Assembly (NCBI GenBank): GCA_904063045.1
Contig: CAJFCJ010000019.1
Coordinates: 1,168,570 to 1,232,569, forward strand
Direction: 5' to 3'
Source of the DNA: Dimorphilus gyrociliatus
Taxonomy: Eukaryota; Animalia; Annelida
DNA length: 64,000 bases
Position numbers and translations under genes: made by a program. Of this stretch, positions 32,445 to 46,126 are shown in pieces (the stretch's first letter is position 1; each line of letters begins with the position of its first letter). The notes beneath the pieces are model-generated. The model saw only the letters and a list, made by a program, of their open reading frames with translations. It had not been told where the DNA came from and did not search any database.

Positions 32445-35400
32445 ATGTCTCAAAGTGATAAAGAGCTAATTTCTGATGCATTATATGTATGGAACGAAGA
32501 GAAAAGAAAAGTAAATTATGCATCAGTTTTACCAGAACTGATTAATTTAGTTCAAAGCACCGAAGACATTGATTCTTCAGTAGGTTAGAATGTGTTGCCA
32601 AATTTTTTTACTCTTAAGGTTCATAGTTAAACCATTTTCAGAGATTTGCAGCTTGATCATGGACCGATTTTTGGTTTACGTTCCCATAAAAGACTACGAA
32701 ACATACTATAAAAAAATTGGAGAACAGATTCTTAAACTTGTATCCCGTCTGCTGAAGTCATCAGTTTCAAGTGCTAAAGAAGAATTTTCTCAAAGTAATG
32801 GAAAAGTAGAAGAAACTTTACAAAAATTAACGGTATATAGTAATGCCTTTATAAGAATAGTTATTAATATTAATCTATATGCAATCAGTTTTGCTCAGAC
32901 TTGGTTTCCAATCAAATAAGATCAGCGGATGGATTATCTAAAGCCAACGAAAAATGCGAATTTAGTTGTATTCATACGTGTTTGCGAGTAAATCTCGACA
33001 TAATTTTTCAAATTTTTTCCCATTGTAAAGTAAGTTTTCCAATTCGAATAAAAAAATACATATAACCATACTAACGTTCTAAAATAGAACATGAACGACA
33101 TATATGGAACACGAATAAAATATGTCAAAGAAACTTTACAGAAACTGTTTAAAAAGTGCTTTACACTCCTCAATGTTCGTGCCTTATATATATTTTTATT
33201 TACCGATTGATCTTACTATAATTTTTTCTTTTTTCCTCTTAAATAGTTAATTGTGAGTTTAATGGAAAAAATCAGTTTAAATCCATCAACGGAAGGAAAG
33301 TTAATAAACGAGTTGGAGGAAGGTAATTTTAGCTATTTCTTATTCTTCACCTTTAAATTTTTTCAATTAGCACTAAATATATCTTAAAAAACGGTTCAAA
33401 AATATAGATTTACAAGTCTTGTATAAAATCTCTAATACGGGATTAACTATAGATGTCAAAATTTCAATAATTTCCATAAAGCATATATTAAAGTAAGACT
33501 TTCTTTTTATTATTTCTTTTTACTTTTTTAAATTTGATTAATCTTACTTTCAGACTTTCTCAGAATTTAAAATGGCATCTTGGCAATTTCAATGTTGGAA
33601 ATCTATTGAAAGGCATTAGTAATGATTTCTCTTTCCTATTAGGCACGGCAATTTCTGCACAAAATGTAATTATTTTGTTATAACTTAATTTATACTATAT
33701 ATTTTAGATTTTTAAAATGGCTTTCATTTCTATCTAATGTAATTTTAGTTTGCTACTGAAAGTGATGCTGAAAAAATGAAAATGAAGAAAAAAAACTTTG
33801 TTGTGGTCTCATTTTATTCGCAAGTTATTCATAAATTATCAGCCTTATATAATAATCGATTAGTTGATTGCGGAACAAACATTGCTAAATTGATTATCAA
33901 TTACTACAGGTAGGTCTGTTAAACTTGAAAGATATTTCTTGTGGTGATTGTTTACTTTCTTAGCCAAAAGAAGAAAATTGATGAAGATTATGGAGAGTCC
34001 TTTACGAAAGAATTAAAAGATCTTAATGATAATTTTGAGAATTTAATTCAAGTTTTTTTCCCAGTTCAAACGTTTACAGACGAGCTTTGCCTCACTTCAA
34101 ACTTTGATGGTATAAAATATTAAATAGTATATTTATAGCCTTTGCCTTTAATATTTTGTAGCAAAAGAAAGTATTTCGAGATTAAAGGTTTTACTGATCA
34201 TTTCAAAGCATCTTCAGACAACCTCTGGTACTTAATCTAATCGTAAATATTTCAAAAAATTTCAAAACACGCTTTTTATTTTTAGATCAAACGTTGAAGA
34301 TTTGGTTTGATCGTGATAAGAACTCAAGAGGAATTATAGAAACAATATTTTTTCTTTATGCAAATGGCAAGTATTTATTGTATTATTGCATAAAGTGCTT
34401 TATTGAATATTTATCCAAATTGCATTAGATCTGTCCATTGGTTTATTATCAAACCAAATAGATTTTACAGTTGAGATAACCGCTAATCTGCAAGCATTTG
34501 TTGTTTCTTTGAACGAAGAGCATTTTCCATCAGTTGTTAGTACTTGATATTTTACTGTGAAAATAAATTACGGACGAACTAACCTTTATCTATATTTATG
34601 TATATATTTTAGGAACGTGCTCTTCTAAAGGGGTTACTAAACAAGAATATACAGGTTTCTCTCTTATCTTCTAACATTTGGGCGTGTCTTTTTCGGTAAG
34701 TTTTGCTTACTAAGGACAATCAGATGATAATAATTTTTTTACCCCTTTTAGCATAGTCTCCAGCAAAATTCAAAGTGATCATTTGCAACTATGTATAGAT
34801 CTCCTTTCTCATGCACCTATTAATTGTCATTGCCCAAGATTTGTCATTCTTGGTTGTCATTTTACTCGGCTGTTTTCAATTTTATCAAACGATGAACAGG
34901 TTTTAAGAGGATATGCATCAAGCGACATAATTTATTTAAGCGTTTCTTTTAATTCATCTTTTGTCAGGCTGCTTTCATACAAAATCATTCCATTGATAAG
35001 TTTCCGAATCTATGGATATTTTTACCTTTACACCATCTTTCTGAAAATACTTTTATGAAACATTTACAAGATATTTTAGAACGATGCCTGAAATTTTTTG
35101 AGAAGCTAAACGGGAATAATCAATGCAAAATTGATGATATAAAGCAACTTGTACGTCAAGTCCTTCACTTTTTTTACTTTACATAGCCTATCATAGACTT
35201 TAAAGAACTCAGTTAAGCATTTTTTTTTTCAGTTTTGTACAATTAATATCACTGTAAACATACTACAAGAGTGGATGAATACTGAGTATAAGTGTTCTGG
35301 GAATGTTGGAGAAAAATTATCTAAGCTCTGCGAACAAATCGATTTGTTCTGTGGTAAAAATTCTCTCGAATCGTCTTATATCTTAGAGTTATGCTATATC

Positions 35401-36938
35401 AATGCCATACTTCTTTCGGCTCATATACCACATATCTATTGGAAAAATAGATCAATGTTTAACGTAAGTACTACAAATAATTAATTTATTAATTAAAAAT
35501 GAAAGAAAGTGAATTCTTCTTGTCATCTCTTTAGCTGTTATCGAAAACTTTGAAGTCTTGCTCATCGTCATCTTGCCGTGAACCCTCTAAATTAAAGAAT
35601 GTCTTATTAATTCTCTTGATATCGTTACGATACGCTAGCTTTGAAAGTGATTCTCACGTAAGCTTATTTTCTTTTTTGACAGAGATTTAAAAATATGTAG
35701 TGAGATGCCACGAAATAAATTGCAATTATTCTTTTTCAGAAAGAAAAATTAAAAGAAATAATATCAGATTGTTTTTATTTCTTATTTAAGGATTCAGATC
35801 CTCTTGTAAGCACACCTAGTTTGCTTGATTTTTTCAGATTCTCAAGGGTTTTTAAATATGATGATGTCCTTAAAAACTCAGTTCGAAAAGATACTCGAGT
35901 TCAAAGAGAACTCTGCGATAGCTTTAAGAGCGTCAGTATTTTACTGTGCCATAATAATAATAATAAATTTAATCAGCTACATAGGTAATTGAATTGGTTT
36001 ATTCACAGCACGACAATATGAAGAAAGAATTGTCTCCAAAGGCGTTCCAATCTGCCAAAGATGTTCTTGATAACTGTTGTCCAGATAAAACCTATAATCT
36101 ACCGGAATTGAATGATAAGGTATCGTACTAAACTGACATTGGCTAAATTAAAAAATGCCTTCTAAAAAAAGTAATGGCCAAACGATTACTTTGAAAAAGT
36201 CAGGGATGATAGAGAATCACTGTAGGGCAAGAGTAAAGTTTAATTTTTCATTGATTGGTTCCTTGGCAGTTTTAAGCTTAAGGGTTGAAAGTAGCAATTT
36301 GTATGGCTTACTATAGCCTTTAATTGCCTTAAAGTAGACTGAATTTGACTAAAAAAGTCATTATTTTATTATAATTTTATCATTAACACTTTATCCTGAC
36401 TGAGAATTATTCACCGGACGTGATTCTATTATCAGAAACAAGTTAAGGTCAAAAGCCATTGTAATTGAAGTTAGAAAAGTCATTCCTGTTTCTTATCTAT
36501 GGAATTTTTAATAATATTTCAAGGACGTTATAAGTTATTAAATCTTTTGGTAAAAAGACCTAATCTAAAAAAAAATTTGCGAAAAAAAATGCACAAGGGC
36601 TAAAATAGTACATGATTGATAGTATATCTATCCTTCTTTCGAGCACGCACGTCACGATTAAGAACAATCATGCAATCAATCACCCTCAATCCATTCCAGA
36701 TACTCGATCATTATTGGAATAACACTTTGTCATTTCTAGCAAAAAAATACAAAAAAGCATTTATATTCACGAATAGGCAAAGAAAATGAGATTCAATATT
36801 TATGATTCAATCGTGGAAAAATTGGAATTATGTCTTTCTGAACTGCAACGGGCTTCTCTACATTCTCGGGCTGACGATCGAAATTTGAGGAAACTTCGTA
36901 ATTTACATGCTCAACTTGGACAATTTTGTAAGACTTAG
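32445..36938 (+). CDS. FIRRM: FIRRM/C1orf112 (FIGNL1-interacting regulator), many small exons; not every internal exon resolved
   Basis: MSQ...LYVWNEEKRKVNYASVLPELINLVQS ~ MSQ...LSSWPEELCRRELPSVLPRLLSLSQH; QTLKIW...DLS ~ VQTLW...ELS; terminal AKKMR...YDSIVEKLE ~ AKRAR...YRSALHTI. Confidence 0.7.
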
Positions 36939-37091
36939 AACTATTGATTTTCAGAGTCTTGTACCATATGTTCTAAGACAATTTTACTCCATTTATTTTA
37001 CATTAAACAAAAATTATCATCAAGCATTTGAACAGAAAAAAAACTTTGAATTTATTTTTACTTATAATTTTCTAATATCAAATCTGTAGTT

Positions 37092-39085
37092 TTATATTAA
37101 CGGTGGTACATCAGGATCGTCAACAAAAGTTTCGCTATTTTCCCTTTCTATTATTTCTACTTGTTTTGCAGCTTTCGGTATGTCTTTGGCAGAGTTCACA
37201 ATATTCTTATAATCCAAAAGTTTCTTCTCTTCGAACTCTAGAAATTGAGAAGTTTTCGGTTTTTCCTCTTTCTTATTATTTCTTGTATTCTTGTCTTTCT
37301 TTACTTTCGGTTTGACAATTCCATTAACTTTAGGCATAGTTATAAGCAGATGGCCGGTTGTTTGGGACCTCTTGGCAGACGATGAATCAGGCTTGACTTC
37401 TTCGGTTAAAACGAGTTGTAGAACTCGACCTTTCAAAGTAACTTTGACGTAGTTTGGTTGAACATCTACATCACAAAGCGATGTATCCATGTACCTGTAA
37501 AGAATTTGTAATGAATAATTCAATATATAAAAAAGTTTCTCTTTATTGATGTACAAACTTGAAAACGGCTACATCTAATAAAAATTGATTGTTTTCTTCA
37601 TCATCGATTAGTGAAAATTCCACTCTGTGTTGAATATTTAAATGAAATATTTTGTAAGACTATAAATTTATCAGTAACATACTTAGCATCATTAACATTT
37701 AAAATACGTCCATCTTCAGCTGTTAATCTTTTTTCTCGCTTTTCTTCCTGATCATTTTGACTGAATATGTCGATAGAAAAAAATTAAATCATGCTAAAAT
37801 TGAAATTTTAACAATTTACCTTCTCTTTTCATCTCTCTTCTTAACACTTTTCATATGTTCGTGAACTCGAACTCTTGACTCTGGAGTAAAGGGTACTTTT
37901 TCATTCCAAAACTCTTCTTCCTTCTTATGAAATTCCTCGTCGTCTAATTCCTCAATTTGCACTCCTTCATCCTCCTCCTCGTCTTGTCTTGAAAGATGAG
38001 CATTATCAATATCTGTATACCAATCTGTATTAGGCTTCTTCTTCTTATTTTTTTCTTTTTCCTAAAAAAAAAGTAATTAGGTAAAAAAAAACCCTTTTAA
38101 TCAATAGAGCATAATACAAACTCTCTTCTTTTGATAAATTCTTTGTTGCTCTATTATACCACTTTTCGTTTGCTGTAGATTTTGTAAGGCCAAAATTCTT
38201 TCAGATTTTTCGATTGCAATTCCATCTAAGGTCTATAATTATTTGAAAATTTAATATTCTTTGAAATATTTTGCAAAAATATAGGAAAAATTATCTATTA
38301 TACTTTCAATTGTGTTAGTGTTCCAACAACATATTCTCTATATCCGTGATATTCTGTACATGGATTACCGGTTAAGTACCTGAAAATAAGTTAAAGACAA
38401 CTTTTTTTATATGTTTAATTGAATAAATAGTTCTAGTAAGAAATTTACATTTCTTTTAAGTGAATATTTTTCTTTAAACCTTCTATGCTTGTAAGTTCTC
38501 CAATAAAATTCACAGTTAAATCTAATTTTTGTAAATCTTCACAACCTAAATATAAAAATAAAACGAGTAAACCTTAGCTGGATAGAGTTATTAAGATATT
38601 AATAAATTTGTATTTTAACCTTCTAAATTCTCAATTCTTTCAACGTTATTTAAAGCTAAATTTAAATATTGTAATTTCTTTAATCTTCCAACATTTTCTA
38701 AAAAAGAATAGAATATCCTTTTAGAACAATTTCTTAGACACATTCTTTTTTTCTTTTTATTTCGTACTTACCAATTTTTGGAATAAGATTACTTTGAAGA
38801 TACAAAATTTTTAATTCTCTACACCATTTGTCTATATGTTCTATCCTATTTTTTAAAAGTTGATTATTTAAAAATAGAATATTTTATAATCCTTTCAGCT
38901 TACTTTTCTATATCTTGTTGATGTAAAGAGACTTCTTCTAAATTTGACAGGCAACATTCATTATGTTCCGCCCTTTTTCTTATTAAATCTTCCGTAACTG
39001 TAAATTTTATAATTTTGTTTAAAAAACTTGGATTAATCAAGTGTTTTTAATACGATAAATCAGATTTATTCTTACTTTGAACCAT
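37092..39085 (-). CDS. DNAAF11: Dynein axonemal assembly factor 11 (LRRC6/tilB)
   Basis: MVQ|[32 protein letters not shown]; LRRs; [57 protein letters not shown]; ends [11 protein letters not shown]. Confidence 0.93.
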
Positions 39086-39213
39086 GTTAGATACCGCAGT
39101 TAGGCATTTGTTTGGAAAAATTGTTTATCGATCTACCAGTTTACTGTGGGGAACACCTAGGAATTCCGACTTTGAGAAGGTCCCCCTAATATTTTTAATA
39201 ACTGACTGTTCTA

Positions 39214-42200
39214 ATGGCGTTATGTATGCAATTTGTTATAACCTACATAAATTGGGAAGAAAAAAAAGCTGAATCTGAGAAAACTACAGAAGCGCCTGAT
39301 CCTGTTACGCCCGATATTCTAGAGGCAGACGACACAATTCTTGATACTCCAACACAGAATCCTCCAGTTGAGGACTGGATAAATTCATCAGATCCCTCAT
39401 GTCCAGCTACGATCTCAGCCACCCAGTCCATATCGTCATTTAATGGTTCCAGGTGTGCTAGCCATACAAGTTTAGATTGTTCAGAAAAATTATTAGAGCC
39501 TGTTTTAAAGACATCAGTTTCGAAATTGAAATTAGAAGAGGCAATTATTAAAGAAGTGAGCAAGTTAAAGGAAAAAGAAAATGGAGAAATATCTCCAGAC
39601 GATAAATTAAAAACTGTTAAATTTTTTTCATTTCAAGAGAGACTAAGGTATTTATCCTTATCTATTCATGAAATTAAAAATGTGTTTACAATAATAGCTG
39701 AATTTTCAATAAAACAATCGTTTGTACAGAATTATACTTAAAGAAAATGGAATTACTTCCTCCTTCAGAGTAACATCGCATTTGGATCAAGTGCCCTACA
39801 TTCAAGAATCATTTCTAGTACCTGTAATAGGAACTAAAGTAGATGACGTATATTACGAGTTGCAAAATATAGGCTTTGGAAAATTAAGTGGAACAAGTAT
39901 AAGGTTGATAAAATTTCTTTCATTATTCTAATAGCTTTATCGATAACGTCGATTATATTAGTATATTAGATTATAAATAAGAGAGAACAATGAAAGAGAT
40001 TAACATAGGTATTTTTCAGTGTATTTTCCCCCTTTCTGCACGAAAGTTGTTTAAATGATGGAAAAGTTGAAGATAATAATGAAGAAACTGAAAATACTAT
40101 TAATTCAGAAGAATGCGCTCCAACATTTACTGCAGGAGAGCCGGTTGCACCTCTTCAGTAAGTAGGGAAAGGAGGGAAAACTAAGAAAAGAGAATATTAT
40201 ATATACACTGTATATTGTTTTTTTTTCTGTTGAATTAATTAGGTTGGATGAAAAGACAAATGACGAAGAGGGAATACTTTTAAAAGATATGTCTGCTATA
40301 TCACAAAAAGAAACACCTACAGAGCAAAATGAAATTTTAAAAACATCTTCCAATTGTATAATATTCGCCCAAGTAGTTAATGATATGGCCTCCAAAGTCG
40401 CTCTTACTTCAGATTGTATTTGTTTGATTGTTTTAGCAAGGTAATGACCTTTTTTTCTTCAAACCCTTACAATTACTTCTAACGCACTTTTCTTGCAGTA
40501 TAATAGCTGCTATAGGCCTGATAGAGAATAGTAGTGTTGTTCTGGTAGCTAGTATGCTAGTGTCACCTCTTATGGTACTTGAAAATAACATAAATAAACT
40601 TAACTCAAATTGATATATATATATATATATATATATTGTCTTTTTAAGAGTCCAATCCTTGGTGGGACGTTTTGTACTGTAATAGGAAAATGGGATCTCG
40701 TAAAAGAAGCTATATTTAATGCCATACTGCTTTTACTCATTTGTATTTTAACCGGATTTATTTGTGGAGTTCCCACGGCCTTCATTAATCAGAACGGAGT
40801 GAATACAGGTACTGATTCATGGCCATCAGCAGAAATGACTAATAGGGGATTATTACGAGGATTATGGATTGGAGCGTTCATTGCCATACCATCAGGCGTG
40901 GGGGTTGCCGTTTCCAGTCTTAGTGCTAATATAAGCAGCCTGGTTGGAGTTGCTATATCGGCATCATTACTTCCTCCAGCAGTCAATTGTGTTCGTAATG
41001 TTTTACTTAAGAATTTGTTAGCAATTATTCATAAAAAGGATAATTAACTCTTAAAAGAAAAGTTATTTTATTTAAGAGCCTAAATATAATAACAATAAGT
41101 AATTCTAATTTATCTTATTAATAATATAATTCCAATAGGGTATGCTTTGGGCAAGTACCATCGTCTATAATTTTAAGTCTCCGCTTGTGAATGAAACAGG
41201 TAGGGGTAATTAATTTCGATTTAAAAATAATTAACTTTAATTGTTAAAATCTTTTCTAAACTAGATTTGAGATTAACTAATTCCACAGAAATGCTAAATT
41301 CATCAATTTCAAGTCCAACTAATTTGGAATGCAGTTCCTTAATCAATAATAATTATAAAACAACTTACACCTGTAACCTCACGAATGATCTAGCAATATT
41401 GGGAACAATAAGTCTACTTTTGACATTTGTTAACATTATCTGCATCTGTTTATCGGCTGTATTCGTCTTTTTCGTTAGTTTTAATTAGTTCAAAATTTCT
41501 CCCTTATTTATCTATTTCCTATTTTTCAGTTGAAAGGCGTTACCATCTGTAATAGAGATCATCATGTAGCAAAGGAGACTATTTTCAATAAACCAACTAT
41601 AGCAGTAAGTAATTATTAATTGGGATAAGGAGAATTTAATCGCATTTCCCCTTTTTCACAGTTTGCTAGAGAATATAATAAAACAATTAAGAAAGGTAGA
41701 AATTGGGAATTAGAACTTGTTGCAAAGAGTTTAACAGAGAAGAATAAAGTTGCCACATTCGATATTTACGAGGTTATATTTCTTTCATGCGTCTTGAAGA
41801 TTATAACTAATAAGTTAATTTATTTAATATTCTCAAACTGTAGAACTTGCTAAAAAGTGGACACCCAGTGGTAAGTTAATATATAATTTTGACAAGAGGC
41901 ACTTTTTATCTTTCTCCTGTTTAAACAGGCGGCCAACGTTGTAGCATCAAATATTGAATCTGCAGTCCCAACGGATGATATACTTCATCCACAATATTAT
42001 GAAACTCTTGGTTTACACAGCCTATTTGAAGGGCGGCAGCTCCGTCGAATAGTATCTGTTGAACAAAGTGAACACCTTCCAAAAATATCATCGGCAGGTC
42101 GTTTTGTGGTTTTACGACAAGATTCAAAAAATATATCGGACAGTTTAAAATCACAGCCGAAAATTAGTAAAGTTGAGGCAAAAATATTGAATAACTTTTT

Positions 42201-42261
42201 ACCCTCTAAGCAAACAGTAAGTTCATATACAGACAAAGAAACTAGCGAAAGTATTGTATAA
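39214..42261 (+). CDS. DUF389-family multi-pass membrane protein; alternative end possible at 42456
   Basis: IIAAIGLIENSSVVLVASMLVSPLM|SPI and IAIPSGVGVAVS...SSLVGVAISASLLPPAVNC|G are DUF389 hallmarks. Confidence 0.88.
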
Positions 42262-42482
42262 ATATAAGAAATTAAAAGAAAAATAATTAAGTTAAAGCAT
42301 ATTTCTATCCTAAAGAATAAGGAACCCTTCTTTCTAACGTCTCATCAAAATAATTCTATGGCGTAAGTATGGCTTACCTACTGAATGATGTATGAAAGAA
42401 AGAATTATGATTATTACGGCTTTAGATGTAGTATAAATATCTCTCTTTTTCTATAAAAAAAAAAAAAGCAGAGAAAAAGCAT

Positions 42483-42527
42483 GGGGAAAAGGGAAAAGGG
42501 GTGAAAGGGATATAGGTAAGGGTCGGG
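42483..42527 (+). other. G-quadruplex consensus (six G3+ runs) in the probable DUF389 3' UTR
   Basis: GGGGAAAAGGGAAAAGGGGTGAAAGGG followed by two more GGG runs, in very AT-rich DNA. Confidence 0.6.
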
Positions 42528-44228
42528 AGGTAAGGCAAATAGTTATAAACATAGCATAAAGTGCAAATGATCTAAATGCCTTAGATACGTTAATTTTGCT
42601 TATTGGCTGAACTTCAATACTTGTTGGCTTTGTTTAAAAAAAACAAAAAGAATATTAAGCTAATGTACAATGTACATAATGTAGTATTATCTAATAAATA
42701 TAATTGACAATATGAAATGCAGTGTTTATTATTTCGGTGAAATAAAAACGAAAATATAATAAAATAATAAACTACAAAGAAAATTATTGTATTGTTTATT
42801 CAATTGTTATTATTCGGTTTTTGCACATAATTTATATTTCTCATTATACTATTATATAATTAGAAAGAAATACTTAATATATGTATATATATACATAAGA
42901 AATTAATAGATATAGACTCTATATCTCATATACAGTATTTGAGTATACAATCCAATTATTAAAATTTATTATACATTAATCTGCAAAAACGTCAATTTTA
43001 TTTGACGTTTAGTACTTGGAAATAAATTACTAACGATGATATGAGTAAGAAATGCTAGTTATTCTCCCCGATTTAAGAAGATAAAGGGAAGCATGAGAGG
43101 AAGTAATAGGAAAAATAAAGGAAAAACTTTAACCCATTCATACAATTGCATTGGGGCATAATTTGATTAAAAGTTCAGATAATTTAATCTCTATAACACT
43201 TAATACGATAAATCTTGTCGAAAGATAATTATAAACCCTTAAAATAACATTAATAATAGTAAATATCGCTAATATCCAAATAATAAAAGCATAAATATAC
43301 TATGCTCTGACATTATCTATGCTCTGAATTTTATACAGACATATTAGCTTTCTGATCAGATACTGCAGATAAGATATCTCATTGGATAAGGAAACCTTCT
43401 ATCAACTAAAATGACAGTTGCGAAGCAATGCACCAAAGTCTTAAAAATGAAAGAGGGAGAGAAAGAGAGCATGAAAGAGAGAGAGAGAATCTAAATGAGA
43501 AAGAAAAAAAATCTGCCAGAGAAAAGACATAATACAAATAATAATAAGTCATATATTAAGTATTTGAAATTGTCTTACATTGATAAACGTAAGTTTTATT
43601 ATTTATTTCATTATTTAAATTTATTTAAGGATTTCCGTAATTATAATTGGTTTTCTTCCCTTAAAAAGAAGCGTTAAATTTTATTGATTCTTTCCTCCTA
43701 TTTATTAACCTTTTGGTAAAGAATTTATGTTCTTTTTACCAAAGTTAATAATTTTTTCGTTCTTTTGTTATCTAAGAGAAGAAATACTTAGATTTCTTCT
43801 TCTTCTTTTCTTTTCTTTTTTTTTTCGCATAAATATCTCTTTATCTTATACTTTTTGCGTGTTATTCTTACTAAGAAGGAGCTATATCGTTTGTTTTCTT
43901 TATATTTCGTTCTCTTTCTTTATATAAGAGTTTTATCTATAAGAGATGAAACTGCTAAGGGAATACTTTTCGTCGCAATTTAGGAATAAGAACCATCGAT
44001 TTTATAATTCTTCTTTTAAGAGTATTTAAGAGTTGTTTCAATCTTACATTGATATTTTGTGCATTGTTAATGATATTCTGTATATACTTTCGTTAAGTTT
44101 TCTCAATCGGTTATTTAATTTAAAGTAATTTAAAAATTTAAGCCGTGTTCCCTTTTGTATTTGGCGCTCCTAACGTCTAACGTGTAATTGCTGCCGCGTT
44201 ATATTCCGGTTTTTTTTTTTACATTTCT

Positions 44229-44276
44229 CGCGCATGCGCATGAATAAAATTTTCTGAGGGGCCTCTTCCTTTTCCG
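44229..44276 (+). promoter_or_regulatory. Ribosomal-protein promoter: NRF1-like palindrome plus polypyrimidine TCT initiator / 5'TOP
   Basis: CGCGCATGCGCA at 44229-44240; CTCTTCCTTTTCC about 20-33 nt before the RPL10A ATG. Confidence 0.7.
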
Positions 44277-44295
44277 GTTTGATCAATCAGCCAAC

Positions 44296-45410
44296 ATGAG
44301 GTACGTGAAGAAATCTTTTAAAATCTTCGTTTATCTGTGCAATAATTTGTTGAGAGTTGTTCTAAATTGAAGAACAAGTTCTTAAATAACATTCTGCCAG
44401 AAATAATCCAAAAAATCCACATGATTTTCAATTTTTAATGATATATTTTTTGATGACAGCAAGATTAGCAAAGACTCGCTTCTCGAAAGTCTCAACACTG
44501 TATTGAAGAGGTCCCAGGAGAAACCTCGTAAATTCACCGAGACAATTGAACTCCAAATTTCTTTGAAGAACTATGATCCCCAAAAGGATAAGCGTTTTTC
44601 GGGAACCGTCAAGTAATGGAATTTACATTTGTCTTTTACCTCTGAAAGTCAGAGGAAGCTGAAATGTCAGCGGACCTGTACCCAGGGTCTTAAAATAATT
44701 GGGGAGGTCGCAAAACGATTTATCGTTTTGTCACCAAACATTGTAGGCGAAAAATTTGCGTTAATAATTGCGTTAAACTTGTGTAATACGACATTCTTAT
44801 TACTGTTTAAGTAGTATATAGTGAATAACGATTCACAACTAATACATATTTATCGTTTTTAGGCTAAAGCACGTTCCTCGTCCCAAGCTCAACATCTGTG
44901 TATTGGGAGATGCCCAGCATATTGATGAAGCTACTGCTAACAACATCCCAGCCATGGATGTTGACTCATTGAAAAAATTGAATAAAAACAAAAAGTTGGT
45001 TAAGAAGTTGGCCAAGAAATACGATGGTTTCTTAGCATCTGATTCTTTGATCAAGCAGATTCCAAGAATCTTGGGACCCGGATTAAACAAAGCCGGTAAA
45101 TTCCCTACTATGTTGTCCCATAGTGAATCTATGGCTAACAAAGTTGCTGAACAAAAAGCCACTATTCGTTTCCAAATGAAAAAGGTAAGCAACACTAGTT
45201 CTTTAAGAGATAAACAGTTGATGCCATTTTTCTTTCCAGGTTCTTTGCTTGGCAGTCGCTGTCGGCAATGTTTCCATGGCACCAGAAGATTTGTTGTCTA
45301 ATACCAATATGGCCATCAACTTTTTGGTATCTTTGTTGAAGAAAAACTGGCAAAACGTTAGAGCTTTGTACATCAAGTCTACAATGGGTCCCTCTTTACG
45401 TATCTATTAA
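44296..45410 (+). CDS. RPL10A: 60S ribosomal protein L10a (uL1), 4 exons
   Basis: ATG AG|...[25 protein letters not shown]|LKH...[33 protein letters not shown]...QMKK|VLCLAVAVG...[17 protein letters not shown]. Confidence 0.98.
44639..44742 (+). ncRNA. Structured intronic RNA element in RPL10A intron 2 (candidate uL1 autoregulatory element; snoRNA less likely)
   Basis: Four consecutive hairpins (CCTCTGA/TCAGAGG, GCTGA/TCAGC, GACCTG/CAGGGTC, CAAAACGA/TCGTTTTG) followed by a second possible donor GTAGGC at 44743. Confidence 0.5.
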
Positions 45411-46126
45411 AGTCTTGCTGTAATAGTTTGGCCGTATGACTTGGTTCAAATAAAAAGTTATGAGAATTGAATTATTTGAAAAATCTTTTAATTTAGATAC
45501 AATTAGTAATCACAAGTAGAGAGCCTACAGTCCCACATTTACTCATTTACATTGCCTTTTTACTTAAGCATGGAAATATTTTAAAAGTCAGGGCAGCAGG
45601 AAACACTAGGCCGATTACAAATAGTAATGAAAAGCCTCAGAATTACTTTGCAAACTCGTGTAATATCTAAATAGAATCAGCCAATACTATTATAAATTTT
45701 TTAAAAATCGATGTAAAAGAGCAAATGACTAATTTGCACTTTGTGAGAATGCATGCATCTGTCAGAGACTAATTTATTGTACTTATTTTTTTCGTCTTAT
45801 AGAAAATTTAATTATTTATACACGTAGTTTGCTTAAAAACTAGTCTTTTTCTTCAAACTTAGATTTAATAATAGAAGAGGAATGCAAATCTTTATACAAA
45901 AAACTAGCGTATACGTCACAAGCTAGGCCTATTACTAGCCTATTTTCCATTATTAATGTAAATAGAAGATTGTTTATTAAAAATATGAATTGCTTCATGT
46001 AGAAAAAGATAATTTTCAATGTAATTATAACAATTCGAATGTAATTAATATTAGAAATTAACAAAAAATAGAATGATATAAATACTATATTCAGTTTATA
46101 ATAAATAAAAAAAGTAGCAGGCTCAA

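Noticed and set aside
39084-39272. Plus-strand ORF whose ATG overlaps the DNAAF11 ATG (CATG palindrome)
   Set aside because: Short, no coding features; any CATG produces such an overlap.
42530-44200. Long AT-rich intergenic stretch with a short direct repeat (TATGCTCTGA twice near 43300-43327) and low-complexity ORFs, considered as a transposon relic
   Set aside because: No terminal inverted repeats, target-site duplication or transposase/RT motifs.
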